Origin: Tubiluchus corallicola
Taxonomy: Eukaryota > Animalia > Priapulida
Assembly (NCBI GenBank): GCA_030141605.1
Contig: JAQGDQ010000264.1
Span: 62,001-126,000 of the forward strand
DNA: 64,000 nt
Reading direction: 5' to 3'
Shown piece after piece: positions 53,460 to 64,000 of the stretch (positions within the stretch are counted from its first letter, which is position 1; every line of letters begins with the position of its first letter). The translations under genes and the position numbers were made by a program. A model generated the notes under the pieces. The model made no database searches, had not been told where the DNA came from, and saw only the letters and a program-made list of their open reading frames with translations.

Positions 53460-56099
53460 GTAAGTGGTAGTTTGTGTTGCAGATGTCAGCTACTAATTAT
53501 AAAGATACATTTTCAAGTTGGAGTAGAATGTATTGTGTTGCCTGATTTATTATATTTAAGTCAAAAAATCAAAAATGTAATTTACAGTTACAGCTACAAG
53601 TACACAAATGTTAAATTGTGTTTCAGACAAGTAAATTTCGGACAAATAAAGATGACTAATTTTGCTTAGCATTACATTTTATTATAGGTGCATGCTGGGT
53701 TTTTCAGATCTTCTCTCCTATTCACTAGTCTGAATAGTCTTACATTGATATTAAAAAAGCAAAAATTTTACGTCTAGTTTAAAAATCAAGCTACACACTC
53801 ATTGCATTTTCTACATTTTTGATGAGGATACACTTTTAACATCACTCAGATAAATTCTGAAATTTGCAAACTGGTGTAACTTTGTAGGGGTATAATGATT
53901 TTGTATAGCTTGATACATATGCTAAATGTAAATAGCAAATTTTCTGCAATAGCTGCACAAACAAACTTTTGGGGAACAATTCAAATTATTGAGCTTACGG
54001 GGACCTAACTACCCACAATGAAAAAGCATATGGCTGTGGCAGGATGTCGTGTACTATTTCTGATTCTGTAGACTACAATGTACATTCATAAATTGTTAGC
54101 AACATTAACACGAACACAACTTAAATAATAATGATTGTAACACTTATACTTCACATTCAATTTTATTGAAAGATTCCTAAGCAAATTATTATAAAATACT
54201 ATAGTATCAATAGAAAGAATTTTGCACTGGATAAATATTGACTCATTTACATTTGCAATTGTTTTTTTGTACAAGAAGTAAATGGAGAAATTTTCTCTGG
54301 AGAGACCTTAAGGGATTTAGGTTAGTTATATCTACAGGCAGTATCCCAAAGACAACTGACGTAATTTAGATAGCCTTGGGAAAACTAAAGAAGCGTTTAT
54401 ATATGGGAAGCAAATAAACTTATATGAGAAATTATTACTGTATTCTTAGCAACCAGATTACAGAATACAGAATTTTGGTCTCAGTAACATATTAAACATA
54501 GCATTAACAAGTGATGTGACAGCTAAGACAGACAGGGTGGTGAAAAGACTGAAAGGTCATCAAGTCTACCACCATTCTACTAAGTTGATAACAAAACTCT
54601 ACTTAGATTAACACTGTGAGCTATGTAGATTAAAGATTTAAATATTATTATATTTTATCTAAAGCATTATTCTTGTATAGCAGCAGTTGTTAGTTAGTAG
54701 CACATGCATATGTTATACTTGCATTGCTGGATTAGTCAGTAATATGTGAAAATAATTTTAAGTTACAAATTAAAAATTAATCAACATTTTGTCATCTAGC
54801 ATAACTGTTAATTAATACTGACCACAGGTTTGACTATAAGTGTTTCACTAAATTCACATCTGCAAACTGAATAACCATCCAAGTATAACGTAATCTCATA
54901 AGGACATATTCAGTGTATCTCAAATCTTAAGCATCTGGAAATATTAACAAACACCATTATCAGGATGTAAAATGATTAACGAGCATAGAGTTATGAATCA
55001 AAGTATAGCCTAAGATGATTATTAATAAATATCACAAAAATTAATGTAAAAAATTAATGTTCATTAATATTTGGAGATTATTTCAGTATGATATTTTTAA
55101 AGATGAAGAAGATTTAACAGAAAATTTAGCTGAAAATAGTGTCTCCTAGTAGCTGCTCTAATAGTATACGACTGTGAATCTCTAATTAGTGTAAAGTAGC
55201 TAGCATACAACCGTTAGACTAACAATTTTAATATGAAAATTTCAAGCTGTTCATGAAGGACTACACCTCTAAATTTAATAAACTAGATCCATTCAAGTGA
55301 GCACTAAAAGAATATGTGGTTGACAATTTTACGTGCCATAGATCTACGATTAGTTAAGCAAGACAATGAGCCAGAGAAATGATTTATATAAATTTGAATT
55401 ATATAGATTCACTTAGAGTTAAATATTATGTTGTTGACTTTAGATATTTTTTGGTAAAATGTTGCCTTTCGGAAATATTTTCATGGCACAGTTTGGCCAA
55501 TAACAAAACCGAAAACTTTGGGCACCGATACATAGTAATTATTAGAAAATCCAAACTGTTAAACTGAGCTGAAATTATTAGTTCTGTAACAGCCCTGCTT
55601 TTAACAAAAAAATGAGGTAATGGCTAAGTTAATTCCTGAGATTAGCTTGAAAAGAAAGCCTGAACTCGAATCTGTTGCCTCTTACGATGCAGGTGTTCTA
55701 CCAACCATCTCCCATTTTTACCTCTTTACAACATAATCCTTCAGTTTTATTTATAATGAAGTATTGCCAAGTAAATGTAAACAAAAAGAGAGCTGTGCAA
55801 ATCTGAACACGGTAATGAATTTATATATAAAATTTTTAGCCGAGTATTTGTGTAGAAATGATCCATGTTGAGCCAGAAAAAGAGGTAATATTATAATAAG
55901 TTTTTTATCATGAGCTTATGCAATTCTATTTTAAATAAACTAGTCTGCTGAAATCAGTTATGTTGAACTTATATTCTTAAATTTGATATTCAGGCTTGAA
56001 AATCAGTGCTGTTTTCACCTTGTTTCTGCTTGATTTTATGTGTTAGTCATTTGGGGATTTGAACCTGGAGCTCAGTCGATAATGAGCCTGTTTTCAAAG

Positions 56100-56243
56100 G
56101 TTTCAAATCCATGCTAAGTAACATATTTATTACTGCTTATCATTTAGTTTTATTTTTAAGCTTAGAAAGAACAAGACGTTTCAAATCTATGCTAAGTAAC
56201 AAAGTCATTACTGCTTATCATTTAGTTTTCTTTTTAAGCTTAG
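56100..56243. repeat. Local direct duplication of ~66 bp (period 78)
   Basis: gtttcaaatc.atgctaagtaac...ttactgcttatcatttagtttt.tttttaagcttag occurs twice. Confidence 0.8.
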
Positions 56244-56360
56244 TTATTTATCTGATTATATTTGGCTGATCATGAGATGTAAGCTATTTCTTTACTGAGT
56301 TGGAATGTATGGCTCTATACCTGGAAGTTTTTCAGCTTCCACCCACACACCATATACCAG

Positions 56361-57559
<1,199 letters not shown>

Positions 57560-60500
57560 CAGGTTCCTAAGTGCGAACATACATGTAAATATATATATAT
57601 ATTATATCTATATATATATATAGATGTACATATTTACACACACGCACGCACACATACACACATGCTCCTTCAGTTTATACTAGAAGTGCATCTTTGCCGA
57701 ACTCTTGAGAAAATTATTTTTCAGGATTGACATTAACTTTGTAGACAGTTGAAAGTAAAATCAGTAGATGTCTATCTTTGCTTTTCCTCGGTCAGCTCTC
57801 TTCACAACAGTGTCTTAAAAATGAACACAACATTTATTTATACCATCACTCGCTTAACGGACAACATTAGCACCATTTAGTGACTTACACTTACAACAAT
57901 ACAGGTAAGGACGCAATGCACAAATAACGAATAACATATTTACGGTATATGTCCTAGTGTTTTTGCCTCTCCATGACGTCTATGATTGTTACACTGTATG
58001 TTTAGCATAATAATCTGTACTACTGCTCTTGAGTAGTTATTTTAGAGACACATGGCAGTAGTTGTACAGCGTCTGTGCAATAGTTGAGTATGCTCTGATA
58101 AATGCAATACTTTACAGAGTGCAGATGTTTCCCTGTTTTCTACAGTTTACTTTGTGTGTGAGGAGAAAAAATTGGTAGCATCTGTTTTTTGGACTGTCAG
58201 TACTTATTTGATAGCAAGACATGAACCTAAATGATGAATGGTGAAGTCGATGATAAGCACCCTGGCACATTTACATAAATGTTTTCCAAAATCCCTTAAT
58301 AGTGAGCTAAATCAAAACAGTTTATTGAGTATTTTGATGTGTGAGCTTCTATATGTATGTATTTTCAGTAGTAAATAAGCTGTACAGTATGTGTGCATGC
58401 AGCATTCTTAAGTTAGAAGTAGTTTCACACTATCCATGAAGTTTTGTAGTAAGGCCAATCTCATTGTGTCTGTGACCATTTATTACACTATGTAAAGTCG
58501 ACCAGGAGACCCCACGAATCGTATTTTACATAACATGGCAGGAAATAATTATTTAGCAAATCGAGTGAGGGATAACTACTAACTTGTGAGGGTAGGTCTA
58601 TCTATTTTTCTTCGGAACAGTAAATGCGATTTTATAGGCTTTGTCTTTGAGTTCTTGATCTATAGCTCGCATGGGGCTAAGAACAAAAAATAATAAATAG
58701 GCATAATATACTCGCGAGGCAGCTAATTACAAATCCTGTCTAATTGTTTTTTGTAATGCCTCAGAGTAGAGACATATTCTTTGTGTCATGCTCCTGGACT
58801 AGGTATAAATTGTAATCAACCATTTGGATGCATTAAAAATTTCAAATCTCAAAATTTTATATTGTAGTAGTTACTCCTATGATAGTCTAGCATTGTAAAT
58901 ATAAAGCTACAGTTTTTCGAGTATCTTTAGAAAACGTTTTGTTCAAGGATTATTGCACTGCCTGTTGGTTAACTACCAAGAATCAGTTGTAGATGAGTCA
59001 GGTTTTTGTGTGTGAGCATCTTGACTCTTGTGTGTTTATGGAAGGCTTCCAGTGTTTACTGTTTTCACTAATCTGTACCCTGGCACGTGGCATGGCTTCT
59101 TTCTGGTTTACAACTGTGATTGCAGTTTGTTTCATTTTGACGTGGCTTCTTTAGTTGTCAGACATATTGTATTTCAGTGTCTGGGATAGATTATTGTGGG
59201 GTGTTGAGTTTAGCTGGAATTGCAAACTCTGTGCCACACATTTACTGTATTGTGGATCCAGTAAAAGTTAACACTTGATTGTTTATTTTGAAGAACCTCA
59301 GTTTTGAATTGATAGGTTACTTTTACGCCACACGTGTCGTGACATCAAACATCATTTTTTGTTTTTCACCTTCTTCCATATTTTGAGCTATAGTACTTTT
59401 ATAAGCCATGTGTTCCTTTTCTTAAAGTGTGAGACTAACACTATTGAGCACATAGAGTTGCCCTTGAATCCACCTTAGTTTAATGGATATATGAGATCCA
59501 GCCACTTGCGCAATATTAAAAACAATGTTCGCTTTAGTATGTCACCAATTGGTAGAAATTAATTACCAAAGTAATTACCAAATTAATTTTTGAAAAACGT
59601 CCTGTCTTCCATCGATTTCTTTTGAAGCCTTGGTTGAAGATTGAAGCCAAATTATTTTATTACAAGTTTAAATTCTTGTTTTTGACATTAGAATAGACAT
59701 GCTGATGCACAAGCAGTAAAACATTGTGTTTATTATTGTTAAATCTTACAGTGTGGCAATCAATCAATCATTTTTTGGTAGCTACTATTTACCCCATGCT
59801 GCAGTTATTTACAAGTTGCTGTTCTCCTGCAAACGAAGCTGCAATAAAACCGTCATTATAAATTTTAAGAGAAAGTCAAAATGCGTGGCCGCTGTTTGTT
59901 TGCAGTGCCACCCATCTGTTAGCTTAACTCCTGCTGTTTCATGTTCTGGGTTTGATAAAGAGTAACGGGGAACTAGCAGGAGGCAAGCAGCACCAGGAAT
60001 ATTTCCTTTGTGCAGTCTTAGGTTTACAGGAGAAACTCAAGTCTAGACGAAAGAATTTGATCACAATCTATCAGACAAACATTTTGAGCAGTAGAGGTGT
60101 GGAAAATATGCAGAATTTTTTCGCATGCACAAAAAATGCTTTTAGCATAAGCAGTATATGGAATGGTGATATGCCTGTCTGAACACAATGTTCGCTTGCT
60201 TCCTCGTTCATGTTAATATAATCGATTCAACAAGATTCTAAACGTACTCATATCGTCTGGACTGGTATTTAAGATTTATATCTATTTTTAAAGTTTAGCA
60301 CAGTATTTAAGAGCATGATAAACGGGACAATGTTGCTTGAATATTACTGTTGCGTATAAGGTATCTTATTGCACGGAAACAAGTCTTCTTACTTATGGTA
60401 TGCACCCTGTTTGAGTAACAGCTGACTGTTGGTAACTTTTAATTCTTCTTTCTGCCTCAGAGTTCAGTTTTAATCATGTCACGGGATAATGGGAATATTT

Positions 60501-62606
60501 TATATACACATATATAAATTTATATTTAAATCCTACATTTATTCTATATAAGGTAAATTTGCTTGTGCACGAGCCATCTGTCTGACATTAACAATAATCA
60601 TAAAATGAAGTAATAATTTTGAGAAAATGTTAGGCAGCAGCTACGTAATGGAACCATTAGCTTCGTAATTAGCTTCAGTACAGACTGTAACTGTATTAAT
60701 ATATTGTACCACAATCACGTTCATTCTCTTTTATTGCTCACATAAATTTTCTTGCTGCCATGTAGTAAGCCAATATATAAACTAATAACTGCCCGTCCCG
60801 TCTACTGAATTATGAATTATGTAACGTCACAAGCAAATAAACTGCTATGTATTTATATTGGTTAGTTTGCTCAAATTAATTTAAACTGTGATGTAGTCCG
60901 CTAAAGCAGTGATATCACTTTAACGCTACCTATTTCTAGTACTAATGCCACAACCAAACTATAGTGGAATTCCACAACCAAACTATAGTGCTGTTTTCCA
61001 ATTCGTTATATAGCTGTCCATGTAAATACGGTTTCCACATACCGCATAACATTTGTAACAGTGTGAAAGCACAGAAGCATAGCTGGGCACTTTCCTGGTT
61101 TTTCTAGATTATCAACAAATTCGTATTCTATGGTGACCCATTCATACAAAAATATGATATCATAGCACTCACAATCCATTCGTACTCAACCAAAGCCAGT
61201 GAATTTCATCCAGGTTTTGAGTAAAAGAAAGAGAAAACGAATTCATTTGTTGTTCTTAAGGTTTTGTAAAGCGCATAATAAGAGCGATAATCAGCTGTTT
61301 CCGTTGTCATTAAGTCAACCACTAGAACTTACTTCAATGGGGAGAGTATTGTTAGCGTTAGTGAGTGTTTGTGCAAATTGTGTTGTAAGCGTTAATCCTT
61401 ATGCTTTAGTTTAGTAACTTAAATCCTGGCTGGGGGCAATAGCATCATCGTTTAGATTTGTACTGTGGCTGCACAAGCTCACTCACGCCTGTGGGAAAGT
61501 GGGGATTGATTAAATCATTGTAGAGAGGTATGCTGGGAGATGTGGAGTCTGTAGTCTTGTGGAAAATTCCTACAAATTATCCGGCTACATGCTCAGTTGC
61601 ACGCGAATTTGCTGATATTGGGATGAAGTTTGAGTGCATGAGTCATCAGTGATGGTATGGCATGGCTGCTGATTCACAAGCATTCTTTTGACGGTCTCTG
61701 TCACGTTTAATTATGTGCATGATTTTTAATTTGCCTCTAAACAATCACTGGAAAATTTGCGCTTATTATTCTTTGATTAAATATTGCGTGTCGTTCACGG
61801 GAGTTTGAATTTACAGTTTAAATGAAACTATGTGCACTCACACATGATTGTGGCCTGGTAAAAATTAAATGTTGCTTTTTCTGTTGACACAACAATACAA
61901 ATATAATGACCGAGAATTGAGAAAGCAAAGAAACATAGTTACTGCAAGTGATTGCATTAAAAGAGTCGACATCACTGCATAGGTTTCAGGTCACAGTAAG
62001 GTATTTAAGTGAGACTTGTGTAATTAAAGAAAATAAGCTCAATAATGAATCTGTACTTAAGTACACACTGCACCGCATACATTTGATGCCTAAATAATAT
62101 TGCCAGAGTTGCCCTTCCCAAACTGCAGAGCACTTCAGTTGTGAACTGGTTAAAATAGAAAAAAGAAATAATATAGTGATTTCAAGCAATAACATAAGAT
62201 CCATATTCATAGACAGAAATACAGATGTGATGAGTGAATTTATCACTACCGTGAAAGAGCCTCTAATAATGGACATTTAATGCCAAATTAAATTAACAGA
62301 TTGATTCTCTTTATATAGGGTATTAATAATTTCATTTTGTTTTAATGCTATGGCACTTAACAGAGAGAGATATTAAACAGATAGAAAGAAAAACCTGCAT
62401 AATTAGCTTCTTATTTAATACTACCTGCTTGATTTCCTTGTTCAGGTTCTGTTTCTTGCAGTTTGATTTACAATACGATGCTTTATGCCAGCATAATCTT
62501 TATTATAACGTTGACGTATTACACAGAGTTTTCTCTAGTGACAATTAAAATCTGCAAGTTCTTTTTAAAAAAAGTTTCAACGTGGATTTTATATTGTTGT
62601 TTCTAG

Positions 62607-62676
62607 TGTGGTTAAAGAGGAAATAATCGATGAAGAAACGAAGTTACCATGCTTCAATGGTCGAGTAGTATCTTGG
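62607..62676 (+). CDS. DVL: Dishevelled exon 2 (DIX domain, 70 nt); gene continues beyond the window
   Basis: tgtttctag acceptor, VVKEEIIDEETKLPCFNGRVVSW, GTAAGT donor. Phase is compatible with exon 1. Confidence 0.95.
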
Positions 62677-63779
62677 GTAAGTAGTTCATACATTCACTCC
62701 CTGTTTTCTTTTAAACTCTACAAAAATGTAGCTGCCGCTGTGTGTTTGCTATTTTGGCTTCGTGCATTGGGGCTGGTGGCCCCGCTCACTGCCTGTTATT
62801 TGCACGGCACGTTTGATATAATATACATAATAGAGCCAATTACCCGCACAACATACACCCAGCTTTTATATCTAATTGTTGAAAGCCATTTGCTGGAGAC
62901 CAATTTATAGGGGCTAAGTAGATTGTTGTTGAACTGAGACTTGGGATCGCTGGAGACATGATGACTGGTGAACTACTGCCCGTGCCAGGATAACGAAAAA
63001 CATCTGCTGCGCAAGCAAAAATAAAGTAAATGTTTGGGAGGCGGTTAAACATTTACTGCCAAATTTACGAAATCCGAAGGCTCAGCTGCTCATGGGTTTT
63101 CCTTGATTTGAGTTCGATTAGAATTGAGCAATACCTGATGTTTTGCATGTTAACTACTGAGCTCGACTACTACAATTTTTTCCAAAAATAGCCCACTAAA
63201 GTCTTTTTCTTTCTTGCTCTTAAACATATGTGCTAACATTTCTTTATATTTTTATAGGATTTATAAAAATCCGTGCAGAGTAATGGTTAACATTACATAT
63301 TATGTTACTGCTTCTATAAATACGTACAATACATAACAGTGAATATAGGCCTACAGCGAAAATAGCAATGGAATTAACAGATTCTGTTCAGTCTGCAGCC
63401 TCATAAAGCGGCGAAATTTTAGTTAGCTATAATATAGCTGTATCGATTACACTAGCAAATTTAAGTTTGTTATTTCCGCTTTTCTCTTGGGTCCTTGTTA
63501 CAAGTTGTAAATTTCAACTCAGTGCTGTAAGACGGTCTTTTAGCCCGACCACACAGCTGCTACATGCTTTACAGAAGAAATGCATCCTCATCAACCACTG
63601 AACATCAGCTTCCTGTTAATTATGACTTTGCTGTATATACAATTGTATATAACCCGAGTATGAGGAGCTCTCTTGCATCCTGTCGTACTTCTGGTCACTG
63701 TGTAGAGAAGGAATGATCGGACAGAATCATTAAAGTTGTGGGTTGCCGTTTAACGAATACATAAACAGAGTATCGAAAT

Positions 63780-64000
63780 TTTTATTCCTGGCAGACAACT
63801 AAAAGGGAGGTAAAACAAACTGTTCACACTATTGACCTGTAAGCCTTTTAAATGCAGTGGGAAGTGTAACGAAACATTTCATTTGCAACCATATGGTGGA
63901 TCTTATAGCTACATACAATATAATGTGTGTTGAACAGCATGGTTATTGGTTTTATTAAAGGAAAAACAACTGTTACACAACTCCTTGAATGCTATGAAGA
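63780..64000 (+). mobile_element. Decayed CR1-like RT fragment running off the window end
   Basis: QHG..GFIKGKTTVTQLLECYE resembles the CR1 RT 'QHGF..GRS..TQLL' region. Confidence 0.5.

Overview
This is AT-rich, intron- and transposon-rich metazoan (probably invertebrate) genomic DNA. Five protein-coding genes can be assembled from GT-AG exons: the 3' part of PACRG-like (PACRGL, +), a complete 6-exon UDP-glycosyltransferase (+, 535 aa), a complete 3-exon ABHD17 depalmitoylase (+, 288 aa), an AIP (FKBP+TPR) gene with an intronless CDS (-, 328 aa), and the first two exons (DIX domain) of Dishevelled (+). Introns and intergenic DNA hold MITEs, LINE remnants, tandem repeats and microsatellites. 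The most notable signal is at ABHD17: its stop (TGA-CAA-TTA) and the next in-frame stop (TAG-CAA-CTA) both sit in the CARYYA leaky-stop context. This suggests programmed, possibly double, stop-codon readthrough giving a C-terminal extension ending in T-T-R-L. The UGT also appears to have Arg in place of its catalytic His. All calls come from manual reading; no database searches were run.
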